Assembly (NCBI GenBank): GCA_002633005.1
Contig: NMRA01000229.1
Span: 481,505 to 545,504 of the forward strand
Direction: 5' to 3'
Length of the DNA: 64,000 nt
Source: Phoronis australis
Taxonomy: Eukaryota > Animalia > Phoronida
The notes beneath the pieces are model-generated. The model ran no database searches, had not been told where the DNA came from, and worked only from the letters and a program-made list of their open reading frames with translations. Position numbers and translations under genes: made by a program. Positions within the stretch are counted from its first letter, which is position 1, and each line of letters opens with the position of its first letter. Below are positions 11,779 to 24,730 of the stretch, one piece after another.

Positions 11779-14700
11779 CTCCAAAATGCTATCTAACTAG
11801 TGAAATAACTTTATGGGTTATTACACGGTTGTATCTGCCATTCAAGGATAATATTGTGGTATAATATTCTTTACCGACAGTGATACGATTCTGTTTCCTT
11901 CGCCTACTCAAATCAGAGGCAACGGAGTATACCTGTACATGTACATGCGCCAATTTTCGAAGTTTAGGGTTGCCAACCACAATGAGCTTTTGTTTCCTAG
12001 GGTCACTGATTGGTTCGAAGTCCTTAGTATTAAATGAAAGAGCATTCTATAACGGTAAGAATTATTACGAGACCGACATTAGAGTAAATTTTTTAATTCG
12101 ATTTTCGTTCTTTTGCGTAATTAAAGTGGGCCAAATAGTGGTTTAACACGGTAGTCTAATTCTTTCCGAAGCGAAATAACCTATGACGAGGTTAATGGTT
12201 TTCTTCTCAAACATGCAGTGTTACATTTTTATTCCAAAACTTTTGCCAAATTAAAAGTAACCACGATAAAATTAGCGATGTGTCCAAACGGTACAAAGGA
12301 ATTACAATCAAGCTGTATTTCGACCAATTTGCAGTCCATGCCAAGCCTAGGCTGTATTATATATAAAAATCACGTGTGCATAAGGCAGTTGAACCAAGTG
12401 AACAATACATTTCAAAAGTGGTGTTGAGGTGGTATAGGAAAAGGATTGACGATCTTCACCAATGAAGGCATATCCAACCAATACATGTAACAAGATCACG
12501 TGACATCGTTACGTCACGGCTTATTCTCGAGTCGTCCAGGAGTGAATACCTATAAATATTCTTGTCAGGTGCGGGATACCTGACACCGTGACGACTTTAG
12601 GATCATGACAACTTCTGTATTAAAGGTATGTATGGTCATTCTGCAGTCTTGACTTAAATCTTGAGAACGCCACGTACTATTTACGGAATTGGGAGTAGGC
12701 ATTGCGTTTATATTGTCTTCTAGGTGTTCCGATGCTGTTTGTTTCTTTTTGTAATGTCGTTTTTTTTCCAATTCAGAAATTTACTCACACCAGTGCCTGT
12801 TTCGGGAAACGTAACTTACGACTTGAGTCAGAAATTTGTTCTCACGCTCAAGATGCGCGACTATTTCTGAAAAATATTTAAATCTCACTTGATCAAAAAT
12901 GTATCTGAGTATATACAGGTCGTAACTGTTAGTAACTGAGCTAATATCTGTAATTTATTTATTGACAATGATGCGGCGCTCATAGTTACTTGGCTGAACC
13001 TTTATTTCGCAATTCTGACGTGGGAAAGTACGACTAATTGTTAAGTCTTAAGTCACTTTTCAAGAAACTGTCCCGAGAGCTCAAACTATTAACTGGGTGC
13101 CTCTGCATTTACTATAGCAAGACAGACGCTACTATCGGTAGTGAATTCGGGTGGCCTGAATCTTCCTCGAAGCACATAAGCTCTTCAAACTGAGAACGCT
13201 GGAGTTGATTTTGGTAGCGGTTTGTGTATCAATATTAAAGGGACATTACGAGATTGTTGTTGGGTGAAATACACTTCTTGACCGAGTTAAAAGAAACCCA
13301 ATGAATCCTTTGTGTTTTTGCGATTTGATTTCAAATCGCCAATTCTCGTCGTTAGCTAAAACCAAGGCCGATAACTGACCAGTTTTTTACACTTAAAATA
13401 CTCTGCCATTTATCAAATGGCTTTATCTCAGCCAGCTGAACGTTCAACTACGACACCGGAGGTTGCTGATTGTCTACGCGTTGAGGATGACCTCAGACAA
13501 TAATTCAGTCTTCTCACCGTTAATGTCGTTTTAATAGTTAGTATACACATGCACTGGCCAGCAAGTAGGGGAGGAGATTTTGGCCGAGGCATATTCAGTT
13601 TCACGTTACTTTTGTCATACATGTAATAGTTTTGGTACGTGATGTTGCCTCGTCACTCTTGGAAAAGAAACGTCTGTGAAACTAGTCTTTATCGGTAAAT
13701 CAAATGTTCCGAGACAAACTTCGCCACAAGAACTTTTTTCTCCCTTGTTATGATGTACATCGTCTTGACTAATCAACTCAAAAAGTTTTACTATGCGCAT
13801 TCAGTATAAAAAATAATTGCTGGCAGTCTGATGCACGTTGGTCCAGACGGGCACAGGCCGCACATGTGGGCCCATTGCACTGCTCGCCTGGAACCATTTC
13901 CATATCTTCATTAATACATAGTAGGCCACCAGGGACAATAGCTGACACCTTAAATGAGTCTGAAAGAAATGCGGCTTTCCACGAGAAATCCTGCATATAC
14001 TTATGTTGGTAATTATAAATGTATTTGTATATCACCTTGATCACATGATGTGTGTGTGTGTTTATTGAGCATTTAAAACAGTAGCAGTTGCGTTTAGTCA
14101 GAAGTTCATGTTGTTATTATATTTTTAATGTTGAATTAATGAAATTTCAAAACTCACGTAAATTCCTAATGAGAACAAGTGGGATGAGATAGTGGAGAGA
14201 CCTCGGTGAATTAGCAAAAAAACGTAATTCATGAAAATATTGTTTTTACCCCTGATTGTTACCTACATGTATACTTTAATGAATTACCCACCTCCATGTC
14301 TAATGCACGATTTTTCTTTGGGTCGAGAAAATGGGGAGAAAAAAAANAATCCCTCCCTTTTGAACTTGACAAAACATGGGTGTGTAGATATGTAGTTTGC
14401 GAAAATACAAAAGAAGATTTCCAGTGTTAGTTAAATTGCGTTCACCAAAGGCTGTGGCAATTCAGCTTGACGCGTATAACGAGTTTAAAAGCTGCATATC
14501 ACCCGCGGTTTTAGCAGACTTGAAAGGAGAATCGAATTATGCTTCCATACAACACGGCCTTATAATATGTTTCACTGCTATAAGATTCCATTTCCGTTAC
14601 CAATTACGTCAGAAGCATTACGTACATGCGCCATTTTCAAATTTTGAATTTTAGCATTGGCCATTCCCAATAATCTGAAGCGTTTACTTGAATCGTTCAT

Positions 14701-16547
14701 TATTTCAATGTATAGTTGGTAACGGAAATGAAATGCCATGAGACCGATTTCATCAGAATAAAAGTCCAAATTCGATTTTCATTTTTAGCCCCTAAACATG
14801 TAGCTTTGTGTGCTTGCGCCTGCGCTTCACAAGCAGGTACAAGCGCCTACTTTATATAACGCTCATGTCTTAAAAAAACTAATTAGTTCTTTGTGATTTA
14901 TTATCCGATCCTAGTTACAATATACAGTGTAACATTTTGTGAAAAATTGTTTAACTTTCACTCGCTCATACATTTTAGCTTTACTCAAGTGTTTCGGACA
15001 GAGGTGCATGCGCCTAACTCCGGATATAAGAGGGACTTCCCGTACAGTCGCAGACGAGGTACTTATGTGTGTTGTTGATTCCCACTCAGTCATTAAAAAT
15101 ATGTTTTTGCATTTTTCACCTCTACACGTTTTTGCGATGAGAAAATAATTAAAAACGTTGACTTCTGTTACTTTGCATCGACATTTCATGACGTAAAACG
15201 CGCACGCTGTTGCAGCAAACTCCGACTTCCTCGCCACAAGCATGCGTAAACGGTCCCTTAAGCACCTGAGTAAATGTCTCAACCACAGAAGGACCTCCCA
15301 TGGTGATGCTTCCTTCATAAATGATATCAGTGAATTTTCGGCCTCCTTAACCAGCAGTTTAGCTACTACATTTATCAATAACACGGAACGTGTGAACTGG
15401 TGGGACACACCGTTATAGTACCCGTCTAAATTACTGTGCAATTTTCTCGGAGTTGCCTTTGTTCTTTTCATTGTGAGCTTAACTGCCTATCTAAGTGACC
15501 CATGCCAATTTGGAGTTCAGCTGCAAAAGGATTATTGCGGTCCAAAAAGCGTGTGAACATTCAGCTACGAATGTATAAGGCCACGGGTGGTTACAGTAAA
15601 CTCTTGGTTGCAGGTCCAAATCGAGGATGCGCCAACAGTGGCACCCCATGTTGTAAAACAAGCGTTTTTAAACAGATAATATTTCACAGAACAATCCGCT
15701 CTTCCACTAGTCTGACCTCTATGGTATTTGGACACAGTGCGAGGTTGTTCAGCGACTTTCGCACAACTAGAACTGCATACTTACTCGTCTTTGAGCACGT
15801 GCATTTTGACTGCGCTTGCAACTTTATTTGTGCTGCATTGTACGAGTACATTCGCGTGCACTGCTTGTGCATGTCATCCTGTTACAAATAAGTATCGCTG
15901 ACTGAATACTCAGAATCATGTTTTCAAAATCATTGTAAGAATCGGCGTTTGTCTTCTACTGCCAAGTTGCAAATCATCAGATCAAATCTAAACACCAAGT
16001 GACTAGCGCCTGTGTAGTGAATCATGCAATCTTTTAAAGCTGCATTTCGTCCTGTTTAGCTGGCTAAACAGCGAACTACTTTCTATGTCAGAGACCCGGG
16101 GTCGGAGGTCGTGACCTTTTAAGAAAAGCCGAGCTATTTTTGTCAAATAATGTTTTTACTCAAAACCAATTGAAAAATAAAACAAAATAGAAATAAAGTG
16201 AATCTAAAAATTAAGGTTTAGCAACTGTTATAGCTTACTACACAATTTATCACGCTAAGCTTCGACCGGGAAAATATCGTCTGCTAAAATAGGTTACCAG
16301 TAGTAACTGACTATAATGCTCGAGTCAAAGGATCCCGACGACACGATGCCCGAATTCAAATTGGAGATCGGTGATTTAAAAGTGAGAGAACACGAGAGAA
16401 AAATTTCACTGAATTAAAATATCGTTTTTATGGAAATTATGCGTGTTTTTTTCATAGGGTATAAATGTCAGTGCAATGCCGTTTGCTGAACATACGATTG
16501 TTGCGCGTGCTCATTTAAGTATTCTATTTTCACGTTCGATGACGTCA

Positions 16548-16621
16548 GCCGTTGAGTGGTGTAGTGGTAAAGTCGGCGACTCGAAACTCTTGAGGCCCGG
16601 GTTCGTATACGGCCTCGGTTT
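16548..16621 (+). mobile_element. tRNA-derived SINE head / pseudo-tRNA
   Basis: GCCG..TGGTGTAGTGGTAAAG..CCGGGTTCGTATACGG..CGGT: Pol III A/B boxes at tRNA spacing, with a poor anticodon stem. Confidence 0.6.
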
Positions 16622-17649
16622 CCCATCCAAAATGCTATCTAACTAGTGAGATAACTTTATGGGTTATTACACGATTGTATCTGCCATTCAAGGCTAATAT
16701 TGTGGTATAATATTCTTTACCGACAGTGATACGATTCTGTTTCCTTCGCCTACTCAAATCAGAGGCAACGGAGTATACCTGTACATGTACATGCGCCAAT
16801 TTTCGAAGTTTAGGGTTGCCAACCACAATGAGCTTTGAAATGTTTTCTAGAGTCACTGATTGGTTCGAAGTCCTTAGTATTAAATGAAAGAGCATTCTAC
16901 ATTGTATAACGGTAAGAATTATTACGAGACCGACATTAGAGTAAAATTTTTAATTCGATTTTCGTTCTTTTGCGTAATTAAAGTGGGCCAAATAGTGGTT
17001 TAACACTGTAGTCTAATTCTTTCCGAAGCTAAATAGCCTATGCCGAGGTTAATGGTTTTCTTCTCAAACATGCAGTGTTACATTTTTATTCCAAAACTTT
17101 TGCCAAATTAAAAGTAACCACGATAAAATTATTGATGTGTCCAAACGGTACAAAGGAAATACGATCAAGCTGTATTTCGACCAATTTGCAGTCCATGCCA
17201 AGCCTAGGCTGTAATATATATAAAAATCACGTGTGCATAAGGCAGTTGAACCAAGTGAACAATACATTTCAAAAGTGGTGTTGAGGTGGTCGAGGAAAAG
17301 GATTGACGATCTTCACCAATGAAGGCATATCCAACCAATACATGTAACAAGATCACGTGACATCGTTACGACACGGCTTATTCTCGAATCGTCCAGGAGT
17401 GAATACCTATAAATATTCTTGTCAGGTGCAGGATACCTGACACCGTAACGACTTTAGGATCATGACAACTTCTGTATTAAAGGTATGTATGGTCATTCTG
17501 CCGTCTTGACTTAAATCTTGAGAACGCCACGTACTATTTACGGAATTGGGAGTAGGCATTACGTTTATATTGTCTTCTAGGTGTTCCGATGCTGTTTGTT
17601 TCTTTTTGTAATGTCGTTTTTTTCCAATTCAGAAATTTACTCACACCAG

Positions 17650-17943
17650 TGCCTGTTTCGGGAAACGTAACTTACGACTTGAGTCAGAAATTTGTTCTCA
17701 CGCTCAAGATGCGCGACTATTTCTGAAAAATACTTAAATCTCACTTGATCAAAAATGTTAAGTATCTGAGTATATACAGGTCGTAACTGTTAGTAACTGA
17801 GTTAATATCTGTAATTTATTTCTTGACAATGCTGCGGCGCTCATAGTTACTTGGCTGAACCTTTATTTCGCAATTCTGACGTGGGAACGTATGACTACAT
17901 GTAAATTTCTTAAGTCTTAAGTCACTTTTCAAGAAACTGTCCC
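17650..17943. mobile_element. Degenerate Harbinger-like MITE (allele at ~12794-13075)
   Basis: Arms GCCTGTTTCGGGAAACGTAACTTACGACT versus AGTCTTAAGTCACTTTTCAAGAAACTGTCCC. Flanked by ACACCAG and CAG, a probable 3-bp TSD (boundary +/-1). Confidence 0.5.
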
Positions 17944-19228
17944 CAGAGCTCAAACTATTAACTGGGTGCCTCTGCATTTACTATAGCAAGACAGACGCTA
18001 CTATCGGTAGTGAATTCGGGTGGCCTGAATCTTCCTCGAAGCACATGTAAGCTCTTCAAACTGAGAACGCTGGAGTTGATTTTGGTAGCGGTTTGTGTGT
18101 CAATATTAAAGGGACATTACGAGATTGTTGTTGGGTGAAATACACTTCGTGACCGAGTTAAAAGAAACCCAATGAATCCTTTGTGTTTTTGCGATTTGAT
18201 TTCAAATGGCCAATTCTCGTCGTTAGCTAAAGCCAAGGCCGATAACTGGACCAGTTTTTTACACTTAAAGTACTCTGCCATTTATCAAATGGCTTTGTCT
18301 CAGCCAGCTGAACGTTCAACTACGACACCGGAGGTTGCTGATTGTCTACGCGTTGAGGATGACCTCAGACAATAATTCAGTCTTCTCACCGTTAATGTCG
18401 TGGCCAGCAAGTAGGGGAGGAGATTTTGGCCGAGGCATATTCAGTGTCACGTTACTTTTGTCATGATAGTTTTGGTACGTGATGTTGCCTCGTCACTCTT
18501 GGAAAAGAAACGTCTGTGAAACTGGTCTTTATCGGTATATCAAATGTTCCGAGACAAACTTCGCCACAAGAACTTTTTTCTCCCTTGTTATGATGTACAT
18601 CGTCTTGACTAATCAACTCAAAAAAGGTTTTACTATGCGCATTCAGTATAAAAAATAATTGCTGGCAGTCTGATGCACGTTGGACCAGACGAGCACAGGC
18701 CGCACATGTGGGCCCATTGCACTGCTCACCTGGAACCATTTCCATATCTTCATTAATACATAGTAGGCCACCAGGGACAATAGCTGACACCTGAAATGAG
18801 TCTGAAAGAAATGCGGCTTTCCACGAGAAATCCTGCATATACTTATGTTGGTAATTGTAAATGTATTTGTATATCACCTTGATCACATGATGTGTGTGTG
18901 TGTTTATTGAGCATTTAAAACAGTATCAGTTGCGTTTAGTCAGAAGTTCATGTTATTATATTTTTAATGTTGAATTAATGAAATTTCAAAACTCACGCAA
19001 ATTCCGAATGAGAACAAGTGGAATGAGATAGTGGAGAGACCTTGGTGAATTAGCAAAAAAACGTAATTCATGAAAATATTGTTTTTACCCCTGATTGTTA
19101 CCTATACTTTAATGAATTACCCACCTCCATGTCTAATGCACGATTTTTCTTTGGGTCGAGAAAATGGGGAGAAAAAAAACTGGCGTTGGGAGAAAAGGGC
19201 AAACTAAAAACAAAACTTCGGACTTACG

Positions 19229-19275
19229 GTGATGATTGACATAAGCAAAATCCTCTGTTACGTCGAAACGTCAGC
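19229..19275 (+). ncRNA. Degenerate minimal hammerhead-ribozyme-like motif (Penelope pLTR type)
   Basis: gTGATGA, then stem GACATAA / TTACGTC, then GAAACGTCAG; the first core C is replaced by G. Confidence 0.3.
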
Positions 19276-20637
19276 TTTCCTATGTTTGTGTGGCAAGCTT
19301 GGTGTGGTCAACACTCCAACTATATCGTGACGGTATACAGTTGTAATTTTTTGTTTTAATAAGGACGAATGGAATAAATTTTGTTTTTCTGTTATTTCCA
19401 GTCCAATAAGCCTGTAACATCATGGCATTGTTCTGTTGATTGATCGTCACACCGGCAATAAATCTCTCGAGTTTTCGTTTGAATAACTTTGTCGCCGTAA
19501 AATGATACTTTCTTTGACGTTCTCTTTGACGAATGCATGACTTCAGCAATCACATTTGCAAGTCTTCTGGTCATTTGAGTAGACACATGTTACGAATTTG
19601 ATGTACACGTACCATGACCTCAACGCACAATATCGCTAAACGTGTTTTTAATATACTTTTCTCATGTAAACAGTCCCAAATTCCAGTGTGAAAAAATTTA
19701 GTTCTGTTTTGCATTAACCATTGGAAAAGGGAGAATTAGTTATTGTGAAGCACTTGAACATTTTCTTTGCTTCAAAACGTACCTTTTTTATTAAATCGAA
19801 TGGCCTGTATAATATTAGTCTTAGTCACTTTTCCATAGATGACGAGTGATTTTACAGCTTGCGACGAAGTCCATGCAGGTCGTAAAAATCGCCCGCCCTC
19901 TCACGCCAACTTATTGAACCCAGCAACAACGCGCTGTGATCTTACCTGGCCCAAAAATTGGATTTCGTCTGAGCGAGAAATACATTGAGGCTAGCTTTCA
20001 TAACCAATTACAAGTATGCTGGATCCGAAGTTGGTCCTTTTGGCAGAAGGTGGGTCCCTAGTAGCTATACTTCGCATACTATACCATGTCTTTAAGTGCG
20101 ATGTGAAATGGATAATTTCAAAACAAGCTCTACTTAGGCCCTCCAAGTGTGCGCGTAATGCTGACGAGGAAATAATATTACTATTTCAGTGTCGCCTTAT
20201 CAACTCACGCAGGTAAATGTGTCTGCGGTGACTAAGGCTGTGTCCAATTTCAAATTTTAAACCCGTTTTATTTGCTGTTGCGAATGCATGTTAAATTGCA
20301 CATCTTTTTATGATTGGATTCTTGAAACGTGAAAATTTTCCTACGTGAAACGCGATATTACTTCAAACGCATTGTTGCTTTACTTACTTATCAAGTCTCG
20401 CTAACAATAAACTGAAATGAAGTTCTAGTACGGTATATGTACGTTAGTCTATCCGTCTGTAAATGACGACAATTTTAAGTAACGGGCGATAATTAAGAAA
20501 ATTAAATTCTAGTTGAAAAACAGCTTCGTAAGCATTAGTTTATTTCTTATTGCGCAAAAGAACTCCGGTCATCATACACAGACGCAGTATACAAGAAGGA
20601 AATATTATTCTGATAATCTCTCTTCTTTTGCCAGATA

Positions 20638-23215
20638 TTAGGTTATGTAGGACCTTAGAAATGTGAACACAATTGGTTTAATTTCGGAACATCATATCTC
20701 AGAAACGGCTGACTGGATCCATGTGAAACATTCAGATTTATCCTGCTTTATGCATTGCTCTTCAAAACGCTGTTTGGAGGTATCGGTTTGTAAAATGTTC
20801 CACTTTCGCATGGAAGGCTTTCAAAAACTAGAACTTATGATTTTCAGGAAAAAATAAACTTGTATAATACGAAAACGAAAAGATGTTTTTAGAAAGTACT
20901 GTAACAGTGCCTTTGAGATCTCGCGTGATGTGTATCGAATTAAATTCGATCACGTTATTGATACCGTTGTTATGCTCTCAGTTAATAGAAGCTTGGTGAA
21001 AAGTGAAAAAAAATTTACCTTTCCCGAGTTAAAATCTAAAGCTCTGTAGATGTTTGGTTAATACGCAAGCTTGTCGATAAGGTCCTACGTTACCTTATTA
21101 CCTTAACTCACTAGTTTTGAAAACATTTCCACAATTGATTCACAGTTTTTTACTGTCTTGAGAGTTGCTTTTAGTCATCAAACAGAAAATTAGTTCCACA
21201 GAAACTGGGTGAGAAAAAATGACTTATAATGAAAAATTAGTCTTTTTAACACTGTTATATACACTGTATAAATTGGCCATACAAGAAACATCGCGACGCT
21301 ATAGGCGATACAAAAAAATGGTTTTCTGAGGTCAGTTGCAACACGGAGACGACTGAACTAACGACACCAGGGGTCGCTGCAAAGCCTCACCCGATAAATA
21401 TCAGGGTGATGAAAGTGTATTAGCTGGTAAGTGTCCCCGGCCTTGATTTTCAGCAAATGACAGGCAGACAACAGCAAGAACTGGCGATTTTTAATCCCCA
21501 AAAAAGATTTTGATATTTATAGCTCTGGTCAAAGCTACCGTAATTTCTCCAGGAAGTATGTCCCATCCAACATTAGTCACAAACATGCGTTTTTAGCCGT
21601 GCAGCCCATTGTGCCCCTTTCAAGGGAACTATTCAAACAGTTTCTGTGGGTGAAAGGTGCATTTCTGACTTACGACCGAGTGTGAAATTACAAAATAGGC
21701 TGATTACCTCTCGTGAAATCCGTTATGTTCTCAAAGAAGTATTGAAATGCCATTCCTGCTGTAATTGACGACGTTTGGAGCTCCATTTTACTTTCAAATG
21801 CCCTGAATTATATGTTTATGGATAAAAATCATTACATGTATCTAGAAAAGCCTGGGAAGGTCCGAGACATAATTTGAGTGAATGACTTCTAAGTTATGTT
21901 TTTGCTACATAGAAGGAAATTTTCCTGACTTGTTTTCCACTGACATTTTCGTCTTCGGTGATATGGAGTAGTTTTCATTACATACGCCTGGCCGTAAGAC
22001 GTTGTTTAGACTCTGTCTAGAAAAACCTTGTACCGTTGCCACATTTTAGAGAAACAGGCTTCGTTAACTCGTGGCCAGTTTAGCCAACGGTGTGTAGCAC
22101 GTATTTTATCCAGTGCTCGATTTGGCGACCTGCAGGCCGCCAATGCGACCTCAGATTGTGTTTGGCGACCTGGAAAAAATCCCAAGTCGCCACGAAGTCG
22201 CCACAGCGAGTATCAAAATCAGACAATAAGTCCACCGATATTCGTTTCAAAGTTTGTGTTGCCTTCCGATTACAAACAGTTTTCCTAGATTTAATACCTT
22301 TGGTTCACAATTTTTCCGTTTATTTCATGAAATCAGTACATTTGCCACAACATCAGTCAGCACACATCGAACATGCGCCTGAATTACAACGGGAAGTAAA
22401 CATATGGAAGTCAGAGTTGTTCGCCAAAAACCGGGCAAGATCGATGAAACACCCGCCATGTATTTTTGGGTACCTCAGATTTCCTTTTGCGACATGGAAT
22501 TTTCGCCAAGTCGACAAATGTGACAAGACAAGTATTGAGCACTGTAATCCGTTTTTTTTTCAAAAAATGTTAGATTACGTACATAAACGATTTCAGCAAG
22601 ACGGATCGTGGTTGTGACTATCGAACGATGAACGAGTTGATATGTAACCGCTCATAATGTTTTGTATCGCATAGCGTACTGAAGACAGGAGATTGTTTAG
22701 AGAGTACAAGTGAGTACTGTACATGTATGTATTAAGGTGTAAACAAAAAGAACTGTCGTGCCATCAACGAAGTTTGTGCTAACGACGGTCTGCTATCGAA
22801 CTATACATTTATGTAGGACCATATCAACTTGTCACTGTATATAGCCAAATATCTATACAACAAAATTATATAACTTAACTCAGTAAAAGAATGTGGTTTC
22901 TGAAAATAGAAAGCCTGTAGAATTTGTCTTTATACCGATGTGCTATTATTTGGATCACGTGTAATGTCTTTTTAGTGAAATTTAGCATCCATAGCAAAAC
23001 AACGGTATCAATAGCAAGACCAATTTCGTTCGGCCCATCATGCAAAAGTGGACACTTTTAAAAACAATTCCTAACTATACATCCTTTTGCAGAACAGTGC
23101 ATAAAGCATGGTATCTGGAAGTTTCATACGAATATGATCAAGTATCCATTTCTGAGATGATGTTCCGAAGTTTCTCCAAATTCGGCCACTTTTCTAGTGT
23201 CCCTCGTGGCCTTAA
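20638..23215. mobile_element. Old ~2.6-kb non-autonomous long-TIR DNA transposon, Kolobok-like
   Basis: Left arm (TTCGGAACATCAT..CTCAGAAA..TGCTTTATGCA..TATTGATACCGTTGTT) matches the reverse complement of ~22970-23215. The right end is GGCCTTAA (TTAA target). Confidence 0.6.
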
Positions 23216-23746
23216 ATATATTAACTTTGAAATTCGTCTAATCTGACAAAATTCATTCTGCATCGGTTTAAACACACGTCTAGCAACTTCAGGTGTCAGA
23301 TTGTACACTGGATTTATTTATTTATTAGGATTTACATTTACGCTGTCGGCTGGCGCATCATTTACTAAAATAGATGGCAATTATTCTATCAGAGTTTAGT
23401 CCATCTTATTTAGATTTAATGCAATGATTACCGATGTATTTGTGCTAATGGACGTTAGTTTAAGTATTAGATGTCAAGGTAGAGATGTCTGTCGGAATTT
23501 GCCCTCAAGCATTTCGTAAATATGTCCATGAACAGTCTAGAAGACAAACTTGTGAAACATTCGTAAAATTACAAAAACACCATTTTTGTAGATTTACGAA
23601 TGTTTCGAAAGTTATTGAGCTAGCACTGTCACTTATTATGAGCAATAGTTTTTAATCCATCACCAACATTATCAATTCAACTTTTCATCTGCTATGTCGA
23701 ACAACAGGGCCGTACTGGGTTACGCAGCGATAGAACACTAAAGCTT

Positions 23747-24056
23747 CAGGGGCGGATCCAGGATTTTGAGTTAGGGGGTCAGTGCACAGGAATAACCCGA
23801 ATTTCGCCACATGTGCTCACCGAGCCTAAAATGTAGGTATACAGGGGGTCTTGAATTTATCTTCTTACTAAAAAAAAACGGGTAAACGAGGCTTGTTCAC
23901 GGCTATGTATTGTGCATTCCACCCCCGAGCCCCCCTAGGTGAGCCAGTCAGCAATAATCCGCACCTCGAACTGCCAATTGGAGTCTGGGAGAATTTTAGG
24001 GGGGTCATGGCCCCCTTCTCACCCCCCCCCCCCCCATCCCCCACAAAGCCGCTTTG
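23747..24056. mobile_element. CAGGGGCGGATCC-type MITE, right end decayed
   Basis: Starts CAGGGGCGGATCCAGGATTTT and contains G/C homopolymer tracts like the other family members. Confidence 0.5.
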
Positions 24057-24269
24057 TCCTAGACTTAAGAAAGCGCGTTATTTTAATGGCCTACATCTAG
24101 TTTTGGAATGTTAGGCACATTTCCACAGATCGTGACGGAAACCGTTGACGTATGGTATTGGTCATAAAAATATTCCTGATTTCAACCGTTTAAATGTACT
24201 GGAATCGGATAGATATCTTCAAAATTCTGTTCCGTATAAAATCAACCCGGCGAAGTGGAACTTACTTCA

Positions 24270-24400
24270 TCCACTCGCAGTTTCCAGTCTCTGATTGATG
24301 TCGGGAAGGAGAAGAAATTAGCATCACGTATCCGCGTATATTTGTCGAGTTGATCCAACTTTCTCCCGTCGGAGTTGAAGCCCACGACACAGCACTGATA
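24270..24400 (-). mobile_element. LINE ORF2 C-terminal relic
   Basis: Translation FFSFPTSIRDWKL resembles the SFFPRTIRDWNxL tail of CR1/L2-group LINEs. Confidence 0.4.
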
Positions 24401-24639
24401 TTTCACTGGCATTGGAAATACGAATAGAGTAATGCAGCCCAGGAAACTGGCAAAGATTATGACAACAAATAACATGAGGAACTCCAATGACGCGATACAA
24501 AAACGCTTGACGGATATTTTCTTCATTGCGGGTACATGTAAATAAAGTGAGATTCGAGTGTCGCTGTGCGATTCAGGACGGCCCTTTTGTGAAAACGAGG
24601 ATGGAATAGACTAGGCGTTAGATAGATTTGGTTACCTTA

Positions 24640-24730
24640 AGTCACTTCTGAAAATATCAGTTATATTCAGTGGGAGGAGATTCCATATCCCCGTGCCATG
24701 ATTGACAGGTGGCGGACCTTTGTGTACACA
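24640..24730 (-). mobile_element. CR1/L2-like LINE ORF2 C-terminal relic
   Basis: Translation HGTGIWNLLPLNI resembles the GxxxWNxLPxxI tail motif. Confidence 0.4.

Larger units (their letters stand above)
8169..14346 (+). repeat. Copy 1 of apparent tandem duplication (probably allelic haplotype)
   Basis: Colinear with 14348-19179 from AATCCCTCCCTTTTGAAC to ATGGGGAG(A)8, with scattered SNPs and indels. It carries extra sequence at 9820-10886 and ~10962-11241. The junction is a single N at 14347. Confidence 0.93.
14348..19179 (+). repeat. Copy 2 of apparent tandem duplication
   Basis: Colinear with copy 1; paired ORFs such as 9323/15502, 12218/17075 and 13778/18461 confirm this. Confidence 0.93.

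Noticed and set aside
14911-15471. 186-aa ORF as a single-exon gene
   Set aside because: No recognisable domain, and it is frameshifted in the other copy (8788-9292).
16548-16621. Functional tRNA gene
   Set aside because: Anticodon and acceptor stems pair poorly, the B box is imperfect, and the other copy has a 5' deletion.
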